The notes under the pieces are model-generated. The model was not told the DNA's origin, ran no database searches, and saw nothing but the letters and a program-made list of their open reading frames with translations. Shown one piece after another: positions 26,735-40,038 of a stretch of DNA of 64,000 nt (position 1 is its first letter; every line of letters begins with the position of its first letter). The position numbers and the translations under genes are program-made. The DNA is taken from contig OZ059896.1 in NCBI GenBank assembly GCA_964057225.1, positions 8,804,001-8,868,000 of the forward strand, in the 5' to 3' direction. The DNA is from Auanema rhodensis (taxonomy: Eukaryota; Animalia; Nematoda).

Positions 26735-28436
26735 TTAAGAAATTGATGGAACTGCTGGTTGCAACAAGCAAACATCTGTTTTTCCTGCCAAAGGTCTTGT
26801 CTGAAATTTTATTTTTTTTTCTTCCGACAAAGAAACATAAATATTTGATTTGGTAAAGAAAAAAATAGGAAATAGTACTTACTCTAATGGCTTTTCTAAA
26901 CTTTCTTAAGCTGGAATCTCTTCGTATCTCGCGATCAGGAGGTTTGGCGAATTGCGAATTGTAAGAAGTTTTGGTATGATCAGGTTTTCGTCTTTTTGAC
27001 AACATCTCCTCGTTTTTTTCCGAATCATTACCAATAAATGGTGGTCGATAAAGAATTAATGGAGGTAAATCTCCATATACATCTCGTTTTGGCAATTCTC
27101 CAAAATATTCAACCATTGATCTTCTCTTATTACTATAATAATAATATTTAAATAATTTAATATTATTTTAATTTTACCGCTCTCTAATAAATAAAAAAAA
27201 GAATAAAATAGCTAGAATAACTGTACTGACATTCAATGTAGTACTTATGCCTGTCGCTACATCAAATATATTATCTAAAATATAGAAAATATGTTTTGTT
27301 TAATAGAAAGCTATAACATCGTATAACTTTAACAAACCTTGGTCTGTATTACGAGTACTCTTGAATTCAGTAACTAAGACACGATCACAATGAACTCCAT
27401 CAAAGTTTGAATGACAACTATAATGATTATAATCTTTGAAAGAACAATATGAAGTAGAGTGTTTGTTGAGAATATGAAATAACTTACACACAAGATGGAA
27501 TTCCACCCATCATGATACAGTCTCCATGATTCCCGCACATATCATTCTTATCAGTTGGACATACATCATGGTTCGCAGGAATAACTCCCTTTAAAATAAT
27601 TGTTTTTCGGTTATATTTTCAATAAAAGTCAATAAAATTACTTTGCTAGACATTCGAATCTGTCTTGTGTGATAGATGTCATCTTGAAATTTAGATTCAC
27701 AAACATAAAGGCCGTCATGAGAGGGATCATATACAGGAATAAATACTGTTATACTAAACAAATAATAAAATTAATATTATAATTAATATTTATAATTCAA
27801 ACCTTTTAAGTTTTTCATCTTTAACACCAACTTCATCTTTCTTTTTTCTTAGTGAAAATTCATCACTAACAAAATTGTCATCTCTAATACAACGGATGAT
27901 AACAGATGAACCTTGTTCTACAACAACTGAATGAGTTACAGATGGATCAGGTTCATCAGCTGAAATACAGTATATTAGATTATTTTTCGGGAATATGATG
28001 ACAAATGATTGAACATACATGAATTCAAAGTTAATTCATATGTCGGATCCAATGCTCTTTCCGGTAGCATATTCTGAAAAGGAGAATGATTATGAAATCG
28101 AACCGGATATTCTGAAGCACTATTGTAGAAGACGAAGAAAAAAAATTTCATAATTGCAAGAAAACTATTGGCGAATAAAAGTAAAACACATGCATATTCT
28201 TGCACAATAGAAATGAAATAGATAAAAGATTGTTTAATAGAATAGTTGAAAGATCAATATTTCAATTATTTATATTTATAAAAAAAATTTGATAAACTAT
28301 ATGTAAATAGTTATAATAAAAAATTATATAAAGCAAAATTCATATGTATTCGAAGTTAAAGAGAAAATTATTTGAAATATGCTTTCCCGGATGAAATGAG
28401 AAAAGGCAAACAACATGCTAAAACTATAAAGAGCAT
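26735..28436 (-). CDS. Ig + EGF + transmembrane protein (neuregulin/vein-like architecture; igeg/siss-1-type candidate EGFR ligand). Both ends uncertain
   Basis: Ig domain (VVVEQGSSVIIRC ... HDGLYVCE), EGF motif CPTDKNDMCGNHGDCIMMGGIPSCV|CHSNFDGVHC, TM VSTVILAIFILFFYLL, basic cytoplasmic tail; candidate signal peptide MLFIVLACCLPFLISS at 28436 lacks a clean GT donor. Confidence 0.8.
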
Positions 28437-30944
28437 AATCGAATCATCAATATATTGAATAGCAAAGATTCTTTTGATAATATTGAAGGTCGACGACGTA
28501 ATAGTAGGTGGTAAAATATTAAATGAAAGTGCATGGTTCAATGAAATTTATAAAGAAAAAACGTCAAGTATATTATAGAAATCTTTAAAAATAAAAATAT
28601 TATATGAAATTTAATAAAAAATTCGAAAAAAAAGGGAAAATTACAGTTCGTATTGATCTATGGTGGTCCATAGAGTCAGCTGAAAATTGATAAAAATGTC
28701 TTCGAAGTATAATAAGAATTCAGCATTAAGCTTGATAACAATGGAATGAAATCAACAGTTCAGATCGATTACAATGAAGAAATCAAAAAAAGTTCAAATT
28801 TATCTTTTAAAGATCTACGTGCTTATTCACGTGGGTACGATCAAATGATTTTATTCATTTACAGCTTGACGCAGAGCACGGTTGCTCATAAATTCTCCAC
28901 CTTCTTCATCCACTTTTCATATTTCTTTTACTCCTCCCATACCCCCACACACTATGCTTCCACGTCACACTTTTCATCTTCACTTTCTTTTCGACACATT
29001 TGAGCAACCTGTGCTTCTTTATGCTGAGCCTCTTATTTCGTCGTCCATCGGTTGAACAATCTCACTTTAACATTTCTTAGTCTCTCACCTTTATTCACGT
29101 ATCTATGCTCACCGTCATTTCAAATATTTACTTTTCTTTTCTTGTCATGCTCACCTTCTCTTTCGATTATAAATCCAATTGTCTGTATTTCCAGTTGTCA
29201 CCAATTGAATTCAAAAGATCAGACTCATTAGATATAGGATTTATCTTTGATTATATCAAAAAAATAGAAAACTAAGAATAAAGGAAAAAGTTAATCAGAA
29301 TCATATATAAATAAATAAAAAGGAAACACAAACTATTCATGAAATAAATAATAAATATATGGAAAAATATAGTATAGTGTTAGTAGTAAACAGTCTAGAC
29401 GTGTAGAATAGTAAATACAGAAGCCATTCTTTTTAAATAAATAATTTGGTTGTTATAGTTAATGAGTCAGATTAGGAATGCTTATAATCAGTTCAATCCT
29501 TATCTGTGGAGGCGGTCATTCCAATAGACAATTAATTAGCTCAGTGTAAAAGGAATTCGAATGAGGATGATGTTAGCCTAAAGACACCATTCCACTTCCA
29601 ACGCCCATATAAATTAGAAAAACCATTAGAGAAATCGAAAACTTCATCGTCTTCATCTACACAAAATAAGTTAATTTTGATGAGAATAGTGACTTGTTGC
29701 TATTAAATCCGTTCATGTTTGTAGGGCGGCATTAAATATCTTGAAAAGACCTTGAAGGACATTACTCTACTTGCACTCGGAATGTTGAAATTTTGAAGAT
29801 ATGAATTGAAAAAAAAAAGGAATCTTAGCTATTCAGAAGTTCTTCTATATCTTATCATGTTTGAATGTTTGGGAAAAAACACATCAGTAGCTTCATAGCT
29901 GTAGCTGTATGTGGCAAAATGAATGACGTATCCTTGCCTAAGGTGTTCCTCCCACAGTCTATACAGACCGGTTATGAAGCCATTCAATAATCTGATGAAG
30001 CCATGATGAAGAACATAGCACCAACATATGTATTCATTCCTATACAAGATATAATAACTTGATAGTATAATGCATGTTTAGAAGAAGTAATAAATATTAT
30101 TTTCATATATATTATACAATATAATTTCCAAAATAATCTTTTTAATAATTTAACAATGAATGTAATTATTTGAGTTTCACATTACCTCAATTCTTAATCT
30201 TTCATACGGCTCAAAATAGCAAGGGAGAGATCAAATAGTTCCGAAAATATGACGTAAGATAGTAAATTGAAATGAAAAAAATGAGTAACGTGAACGAATG
30301 TCAAGTGAAGATTACTGAGAGATTCTCTCAATTCCAGTTTGATTTCCTACGACACTTGACAATGACCTTATATAGAACAAGCATAAGCTGGAAGTATGAC
30401 TCAGAATCTTGAGACCTCGTTGGTTCTGCTTCATCATTTACACAAAGTGTTAACGTCATCAGTTGTTGCATACTGAAGCTTGTTCTCCTATTGCCTTGAC
30501 CCTTCTATGCTTTCTGTCTTTTCAAATAAGATCTTCGTAATATATTTTCTTTTTTTTCTTATATCAAATAAAAAAAAATAATAAATATCAATGATTCATT
30601 CATTACATAAAATGTTTATTTTATTTAAAAAAAACCACTAAAACTCAATTCCATTAAACAAATACATATAATTTAACTGAATAGATCTCTTTTATATTGC
30701 TAAAAAAAATGAATTATTCCAAATATTAAAAATATCAAAAATTTTTGAATGAAAGAAAAAACAATTTTTGCAAATTAAATTATCATTTTACTCATGACTT
30801 TTGTTTCAAAAATAATTTGTTTTTGTTCAGTCAATATTTACTAATAATCATTAAAAGATCTGTTTTATCAGCAAATTTCTTAAAGAAATAAAAGAAATAA
30901 AATTAAACTGATTTAGTATAATACACGCTTAATTTCAAATATTC

Positions 30945-32316
30945 TCAATGGCCTTTTACTATAATTGTTACTCTAGGATGAGAGGGATTTGATACAGTTA
31001 CCGTATTCGTAGAACGACAGTGTTTAGAAAAAACAGCTTTATATTGAAATAAGAATAAAACCAATCTATAAAAATTATAAATATACATATATTATTATTA
31101 ATATTATTATATTATAAAATTAATAATTTAATTTTTAAATATAATATTATATATTCTTACCCATCTAATGTATGACATATATTCCATGCAAATGTACTTG
31201 TGAAGAAAACATATAGAACGGAATCATGTAATGTTGAAACAAAATAAAAGTTAAGCAATTCATAAAAAAATAAAAGACCCTGTACACAAGCCTAAAAAAA
31301 TGTTTTTTTTTGGAAGAAAAAACTAGTAACATTGACATACTTGTAAGAAAAATCGTAGTTCAACTTGTCGACGTCTGTGTGCTCTACTTCCTATCGTGTG
31401 TACCATCTATAAAATTATTTTTTAACATAGATTGTGAATTGATATTAGGATTTACATTGTTTCGAAGACGTAAAGAAAATAATGTAAGTGTATCCAAGAC
31501 AGCTATGACAGCGAATACAGAGCATCCGGTGAAAAAATCAAAATATCTTGATATGTAAACACCACAAGCATTATCCGAAAAGTTCCATGTTAAAGTACTT
31601 GGATGATATAAGATATAGCAGTGATCAGCTTAAAATAATTAGTATATTATAGTTATATATATATTTATTCTATTTTTGAATAATTTTAAAAGAAATAAAA
31701 CAGAAACATACTCCAGAAATATGGTATAACATGACATATAGCTATAATCCATACACATATAGTTACATATATTGTTGTTACTCTAGTAAGAATCGCTTGA
31801 CCCTTCGATATAAATATAAATAAATATATTTAATATTTAATACTTACTAATGAAGGAAAAGTAATAGTTATAAAACGATTAATAGATATAGCCAAATGAG
31901 AATAGACACAGGCATCCCAAAACAATATGTTTAACTGACCAAGATGTTTTGCAAAACGGCTTTTCCATAAATGATCATCTTCACTGAAATTCAAATATTT
32001 TCATAAAACAATTATGATTATACAAAGTATACATAACACTAATTGGTGTAGCATAAACTAAAAAAACTGTTAAAACTCCAATATTTGCTATACAATGCGA
32101 AAAACATAAAATACCAAAAGCATTTTTAAGTAAAGGATTCTTAAGTACAACATAAATAGATAATCCATTAAAGCATAAGCCACATATACTCATCTAAAAT
32201 AATAAATAAATAGTATTATAACCATTATTTTAATTTTATAAGAAAATTAGAAAACTTACTACAAAAATAAGAGAAGCCAGAAGAATTCGCTGTAAATCAT
32301 TAGTAAATGATGTCAT
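30945..32316 (-). CDS. Serpentine chemoreceptor, Srx-family 7TM GPCR
   Basis: MSICGLCFNGLSIYVVLKNPLLKNAFGILCFSHCIAN, SHLAISINRF, CYILYHPSTLTWNFSDNACG, TWHGICHTLDG are typical Srx motifs; multi-exon. Confidence 0.88.
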
Positions 32317-33520
32317 TATAGTTTATTTAAAATATGTTAAAAAACTATTTAGATGTTGTTTTACAGCTAATTAAATATTTCAGTATAGCATTAAGACCAC
32401 AGCCTTTGAAAGCAAGTATATAAAGAAAAATTTTTGTAATTTTTTTTATAATATATAGGCGTATATATAGATATGTTATATATTCAAAGTGAGAATTGTT
32501 TGGGAAAATATTGAAATAATGAAACACATGATAACCTAAACATTGTGGGAATCGTGTAACTTTCGAAAAAAATTAATTGTTATAATCAGTCACGTACACA
32601 TGTAGTACTATAATCTCTCATAAAACTTGAATTTGGTGGGATTTAAGTTTAAAAAGTAATTAATGATCTGAAAAACCAATTTGCAATTCTGCATACATCT
32701 TCAACTGCAAAAACTGTAGCAGAATTGTTTTTTTTTTAAATAATTTGTAAAGTTTAAAAAAAAATTATAACTATGAACAACAAACAACATATTACCCATA
32801 ACTATATATATATCTATATATCTATATAATGAAGTAAACAATGAGAAAAACAATAATTTCAATAATCTTTATAATTAAAAAAAACTCTAATCATTCATGA
32901 CTAAATATACGTATATTATGATCATGATTTTTGTACTTTGTAGTTAAGTCAAGAATATTATATATACAATGCTTTTACTATATATAGATATATGTATATA
33001 TTATTTAATATATAGTAAAATATTAAACTATTACCAAAATGATTAAAACGGACTAAATATCACCAGATATCCTGATAGCTTTTAATGAAATATTGAATCT
33101 CCGCTTCAAAATTGATATAAATTATAGAATATATGATATTTCAATATTTAAATGAAAATTTTTAAAAATTATAAAAAACCTCAATGTACTTATAATTATA
33201 TTCTCTTCTTTTTCCTTATTCTGTTATTTTATCTTAATCATGAATTAGAAATGTTTGATTTCATGAAATCGCAATAATTATTGAGAAAAAAAAAAGAAAA
33301 ACCATATTATTTTAGTTGAGAAATATATAAAAATAATACAAAAAAACCGATAATGATATAGTTTTCTATATAATCATATCGAAAATTTCATATATTCAAA
33401 ACTCAACTATGGTACTTTCATTTATATTATTAATCTCATTTCCTTGTCTTTAATGTAATTTAAGCATCCAATTTGTAAGAAAAATTGTATTTAATATGAA
33501 ACATTGAATTAATCTCTGAA

Positions 33521-35197
33521 TTAAATAGCCTTTTCGAGACAACCCCCTTGTTCCATACTTCGTATCTGTGGTCCTACAGGCCAAATGCAATACTTAGCTG
33601 CATCTATTGCAACATCTCTTGTGAAATCAGATGGTTTTTTCAACCATAGGGAATAACGTCGTCCAATAAAATCATCATCAGTCATCAGTAGAAGACGTTC
33701 TGATGATACACTCAATTTTCCTTTGAGTAATAATTCACTCGGATGACGAAGTAAAGCATCACTTCCAGTTGGTTCTAAATTAAAAGATGCGTCCATTGAA
33801 ACAATCATTCTATATCCTGTTTCTCTTTCACATTCTCCAATCCAACTGAAAACAGATTATTTATATATTTATCATTCAAAAATTGCAACCTTTCACTATG
33901 ACATTTAAGGAAATATTCATTTTCCGATTCTAATGTTATAGTACATCGTTCATTAAGAACATATGATGGATCTGATGCATATAGCAGCCATTGTCCTTCG
34001 AGCTAAAATAAGAATAAAGTGAGATTTTTCCAATTTTTTAAGAATTAGTTACTTCATCAATATTATCCAATGTATTTGGAACATTGCATTCCGTTGGTTG
34101 AAGTTGACTACAAGTTGCAGGTTGTGAAGTTATTTGATGAAGACATGGCATATTGCCAACTTGTTGAGCTTCCTAATAATAATCAAATTACTAACTTCAT
34201 TAGTAAATAAATAGTTTTTTCAGTCAGGCAAAGAAATATTCTCACCTTTAATCTCACTTCGTCTCTTAGACCTGCAGGATGAAGCAATACTACTTCACCT
34301 GTTCCCAGACGAGCTAAGAGATGATTACGAAAAGAAAATTCAATCTCAATCGGAGAAGACAAGCATCCAGATGGACTGAAACAAAGTTTGGCATACTTTC
34401 AAATGATTGTATTAATTTCTAACTCATCACTAATTTTCTGGAAAGTAACTCCATCGAAACGGAAAGCTCTCACATCCGCATACTTTCGAGAGGAAGCAAC
34501 CGCCTGATAAGCTATTGAACCATAATTAACCTAAATTTAAGTTTAATTTTATGAACATTTTGGATAATTTCAAAACCATCAACTCAGTTGAATTTAAAGT
34601 TTGCCATTCAGCATCTGCATCAGATTCAGCTACATTAAGACAAGGAATTTGTTTAAGTTGTAATGCATCAAAAACACAATCATCTAAGTAATAATTAAGT
34701 ATAACTATTATATAAAATAAATTATTGAATAATACCATGAACGGCAGTATGATATAGTACACTAGGATTAACACAAACTGTCTTAGCAATTGTTTCCAAC
34801 ACAATAAGTTCTGCATGATCAATGCTTTCATGACGAGATATGACATAAATAGCTTTTTCATCACAACTAAATCATATGCTGATTTTTAAAAATTCATTTA
34901 ATATTGCAGGAGATATACCTTCCGTCAGCCTTATTTGCAAGACAAGAGTATACTACACCTACATGTCGGTTAAAGAATAGAAAACGAAATATCACTGCAG
35001 GAAGTGAAATTACTAAAATCAAAAAATCAAAGAACTAAACAAACTTGATGTTGAATTTTTTGTTGTCGATTCATATTGCAGTTCATACCAATAATCTGAT
35101 TGATCATGTTCTTCCTTCATAGTAAACACTCGTGTGAAACAGTCCAGTGGTTCTCCTGGTAAAGCTCTACAAAAATAATTCATGAGATTATATGTGT

Positions 35198-35261
<64 letters not shown>

Positions 35262-38200
35262 GTATAACTAATCAAAAACCAAAATATTTTAATTATGATG
35301 TTATGTCAATATTTTTGAAAAGCAAAGTAATGTATTCCGCGATCTTGCAAAATTTGATCATTCTCATAACTGTCGAAAGAACTTTAATTGCATAATTGAA
35401 TGAGAAAATCAAAAATATATTTGATATTTGATACTTACGCTGATTGTCGAAGTTTTAAAACTGCAGAAGATGAGGATACAGTAAAGATTCTGCCAACCAT
35501 GGCATATGTATCCATTGCCATTTCATCATAACGCGAAACTAGATACCATGTTCCTGCCCTTTCCATCTGAATCAAATTTATTTAGTTATAACATATGCTA
35601 TGAATGAAAAACCGCTTGAAGATCAGCTTTAACACCCTTGAGTTGTTTCAAAAGACATTGTGGCTCTTGTACATTTGTTAAAATATACAAAACATCATAA
35701 TGAGATAAAGTAACTAAATCTCTTCTCAATTTAGTTGTAGCAGACATTTCAGTTCCACATAAAGCTGAACAAAATTTTATTTCTTTAATTTATAAAGTAC
35801 TGAAACTTACAATGTAAATCAAACCATCTTAATGAATCTTTATCAATATGAACACAATCCAAATATGGTAAAATCATTGTGAGGTCATTTCTTGAAAAAT
35901 GTCGAGATCTGTAGTAGTAAAGTATTAAATTATATTTAATTGTTATTAGAAAATTAAATTTTAAAACTAACCGAATCATAAAATTGACATCATGTTGAAC
36001 ACAATTACCATTGGAATCTCGTTTATAACACCAATACAATACAGCTCTTTGATTATCAATGTACAAAACTTTATATCTGACTAACAAAGAAATTAAACTT
36101 TAATTCAAAAAATGGACTTACAGCTCATTTTACTTTTGTATTTTGGAACAAACGAATAACTATATTCAACAGTTACATTCAGAATATTATCATCGTCAAT
36201 GATTACAATTCCTTCTCCTGGTCCAACACATTCACTATCAGTTTCTTTTTGAGCAAAATATTGAATATTAAGTAGAGAAGGACTAAATAAAAATATTTCT
36301 AATTCAAATAAGAGAATATTACAAACTCTGTTTCATTTGCAACCATGTTCACTACAGTTGATTGTAAAAATATCTTAGGATCAGCATTCAAATCCGCAGC
36401 AAAATACCTGAGAAATATTTATTTTTTATTAAATATTTATATAAATGTAGATTACTGTTTTATGACTTACCATACTCCCTGCAATATCTGAGATGTCAGA
36501 GGAAATTTGGTTACTGTAGAGCATAAGTCTGTCACATCAGGTCCAGTGATCTCTAACTCAGTACACTCATCTGTAAATTAAATCAACTTTAAAGCCTTAA
36601 TAGAAATTAAAAACAGACGGAAAGTATTGAGAAAAACTAAATCTGTAGGATCAATACAATATGCTTGTAATTGCCGATATATTTCATTAATTGTTGGTTG
36701 ATCCATATGATCTTCATCTGACCATACATATACTCTGAAACCGAATTTGAAATTTGACATTGCTTTAGATTTAGAAAGAGAAATATGCATTTACCTGTTT
36801 GAATCACAAGCTCCATGCTCATCAACTTTCAAGCATTGAATTGATATATACTCGTCTCCATTCTCCCAAATAGCATTTCCAGACCCTATATAAAGAATGT
36901 TTAAAATCCCATTACATTTCTTTCTACAGACAGTCAATAACACTATTATTTCCTGAAATACTAGTGTAGTTAGATGATACTGAGACATAATTTTTATTTT
37001 CCAAATTTTGGAAAAGCTCAGTTTTCATACATCTATTCTGTCTGAAACAATCAAATAAACTTAAATTAATTGTTTTATTTCACCTTATCCATTCACAAAT
37101 TGCATGCTGTTTTGAATCATATACACACGAGATATGAGCTACCTGTTCTAAGCTTAAAATTGGATCGATGTAAGCCACAACAGTTAAAACACGGGGTTCA
37201 TCCTAAACACCAAACTTCATATAATCACTATCTGTTCTTACATACAAAAAACTTTGAAATATTATTAGAAGGTGGACGGAAGTTAGCAACTTTACATTCA
37301 ACATCCACAAATTCATTGTTTTCATCAATCTTAGCATGAATAAGTTTTTGATCTTCATCGACAATTTCATCACCACATGCTGCTGAAGGTAATAAATTAA
37401 GACTAAAAGATCTCCAAAAACTTCGGAAATACAATATGTTTCGAGTATTCGAAATTCCAGAATATCAATGCAAGCAGAATCTTCGATAAGTTTTGCAGAT
37501 TTAAATAACTGAAATCCTTTTTTCATTGTCAAGAAGATACTTCATACCTGTAAAGTTTGTGGATGTCTCGAATTTGACATTACCAATACTAATTCTTCAC
37601 CACGTTGACATTCTAAAATATATGAAGATCAGACAAAATGAAATTTTTATTTCTATTTCGAAGTTAAACCTCAAGTACTTACTCCCATCGTTTTCTCTTT
37701 TAGAACAACCATATAGAACCATATTCATTTCTTCATTTTGTTCACCACTGTACCCATGATAAATTGGGAAAAGAGACACTAAAACTTTACAATTTTCAGA
37801 AACTCTTACTAATAAAATTACTGTTAAAGAGTTGTCCATCTTCTTTTATTACTGTCATATTATAACCTTTCTGATTCTTTTGCCATTCCCCTTTTAAAGG
37901 AGGTTCGCATGTACCATTACTAAAAACCATAAATCATCTTTTTCAAAAACAAAATTAGATGTCGTCATTTAGCTGTGGTGTCCGCTTACAAACAGCTGTA
38001 CTTCTTGATGTTTCTAATGAACTATTACTCACACAGTATGATATTCGGTCATATGAATAGTATCACCATCTACATCAAGTTTTATCATTGAAGAATTAAT
38101 ATTAGGAGGAACGAAGCTTAAGATTTTAGGCGGCTTATGAGCCACGACAAACCATGATCCATTATACTGAATATAATCAAAACTTTTTTTTATCACACAC

Positions 38201-38324
38201 ATCATATTACCTGATTAGGTTCAAGGTCAAGAACTGAAAGATTGACCTCACATGAATGTATTAAACTAAACAAACATAATGTATGAATAAATGGAAAAAT
38301 CAGTAGATGACGTCGTGGAGACAT
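33521..38324 (-). CDS. Secreted poly-lipocalin (calycin) protein, about six tandem domains, many short introns
   Basis: Signal peptide MSPRRHLLIFPFIHTLCLFSLIHS; repeated lipocalin GxW motif (YNGSWFVVA, LQGVWYFAA, AGTWYLVSR, LEGQWLLYA) plus two degenerate units, each ending in C-x6-7-C, a hydrophobic strand and a helix. Confidence 0.75.
35212..35253. repeat. (TA)n microsatellite in intron
   Basis: Direct inspection. Confidence 0.9.
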
Positions 38325-38449
38325 ATAATATGTTCCAAGCATAAGCACCTGATCTTAGAAAGCAGCAGTTCATCCATCATTCCCTCTCAAAATAATCGAT
38401 AAGAAACAGACATTTATTGAAACGAGAAATTAAAACACTAATGTTGATT

Positions 38450-38939
38450 TTAGAATAGTTTCAAATCTTTCAAAGTGCTCTTAAGAAAGTTCCGTGGATA
38501 AGGCTTCAAAGCAATACATACTGGATGATCATCTTCTATCCATACCTAATAAACAAAATGAGTTTTTTTTTAAATATCAAACATATATACTTTGTGATCT
38601 ATATTAGCTTCTTCTAGCTTCGTTTTATACTGTAAAAGCTGCTCCTCACTATCAACCTGAAAAATATGATAAAAAAAGAAATATTAGATAGACTTACTCC
38701 TAATGTAACTTTATGCATGCGATCTAAGTCTTGGGTGTACAGTGATACTTCAGGTGTATCCCTGAATATCAAATATTATTGTTTAAAAAATTTGAAACTA
38801 ACTTGAACAACCACATAGCAGCACTAGCAGCATGAGCAGCTTGAGTAATAACAGCACCAAAAGGCCATTTCAACTCTGTGGACAAATCACGACGTAATAT
38901 AATATACATCACATGTACGGCGGGAGCATTTGGTGCCAT
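38450..38939 (-). CDS. PTRHD1: Peptidyl-tRNA hydrolase 2-domain protein PTRHD1
   Basis: VMYIILRRDLSTELKWPFGAVITQAAHA ... MHKVTL ... VWIEDDHPVCIALKPYP; 4 exons. Confidence 0.92.
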
Positions 38940-39058
38940 TTTATTCTTCAATAATGATTGAAAACAATACATATTATGTTGAGATATCAGAGGAAAGAAC
39001 CTTCACAAAAATTTTTCAAAATCGGACAAATATAAATATATTTTTCTACATTTCTCTT

Positions 39059-39764
39059 CTAACATTGTTCCAAAAAAGCTTCGCAGCACCGGCGACATTG
39101 ATGATATACCTAAAGTAGATGATTAATATAATTCTAAAAACTGTTTCACCTGTTCAAACATTTCCGAGCCATCTTCATAATATGGATCAGGTACAATCTT
39201 AACATTTTGAGGATCGAACTCTCCCAATAAACTCAATTTAGCTTTAACTTTCATATTTTTTTGTTTTGCAGATGCTTGAACATCTTCCAAATCTCTGAAA
39301 TATAAATTTTTTCACAAAAATATATAAGAATTACCTCATATTGTTGTTATCCATTCCAAAGATATAATCGAAATCAACAAAATCTTCCTCACGCACCTGG
39401 AATAGAAACCCTAATATTGGTTAATAACCCTCAACGAACCACACGGACTTTATGGGTATAGCTTGTGATTCCAAACTTTTTCAATGTAGCTGTAGCTCTT
39501 TTTTCAGGATTTTTGCCGGTATGATACCCAATAACAGCAGCACTGTCAACTTTCCATCTTAAAGACCAAATATATATTTAAACAATGCAAATAACGAACT
39601 GATCAACAACTCCTTGTTTTTCGATCAAGTCCAAGAATACAGCTTCTGCTATTGGTGAGCGACAGATATTTCCTAAAACATATAATATTAGAATAAAACA
39701 TGAACAAACTTCATTTACCCAAACAGATAAATAGAACACTTTTCATTTCTTTGTTTGGTGCCAT
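39059..39764 (-). CDS. ACP1: Low molecular weight phosphotyrosine phosphatase
   Basis: SVLFICLG|NICRSPIAEAVF P-loop, VDSAA..YH, FDYIFGMD, VPDPYY. Confidence 0.96.
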
Positions 39765-40038
39765 CTTATATTTCTGAAGCAGGCTATACAATTCTTACCG
39801 GATGCTGCTGCCAACTTTAACTATGTCAGACGTCCACATAAAAATTGATGGTCGTAATTTGGCGTAAAGAAAACCTGATATGAAGGAGGCTTGATAAGTA
39901 TTGAAGTCTACAACATGAAAACTCTAGCTTCCTTTAAAAAAACTCATGCTTATTAGACAAAACATTCTATATCGCTATGTCCTATTATTGTTCGTTTTCT
40001 TATATACCAACTTTCACATTTATTTAAGAAGATTCAGC

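Noticed and set aside
29500-29615. tRNA, snRNA or miR-1-like gene
   Set aside because: No cloverleaf, Sm site or precursor hairpin; only TGGAATG hexamer-level matches
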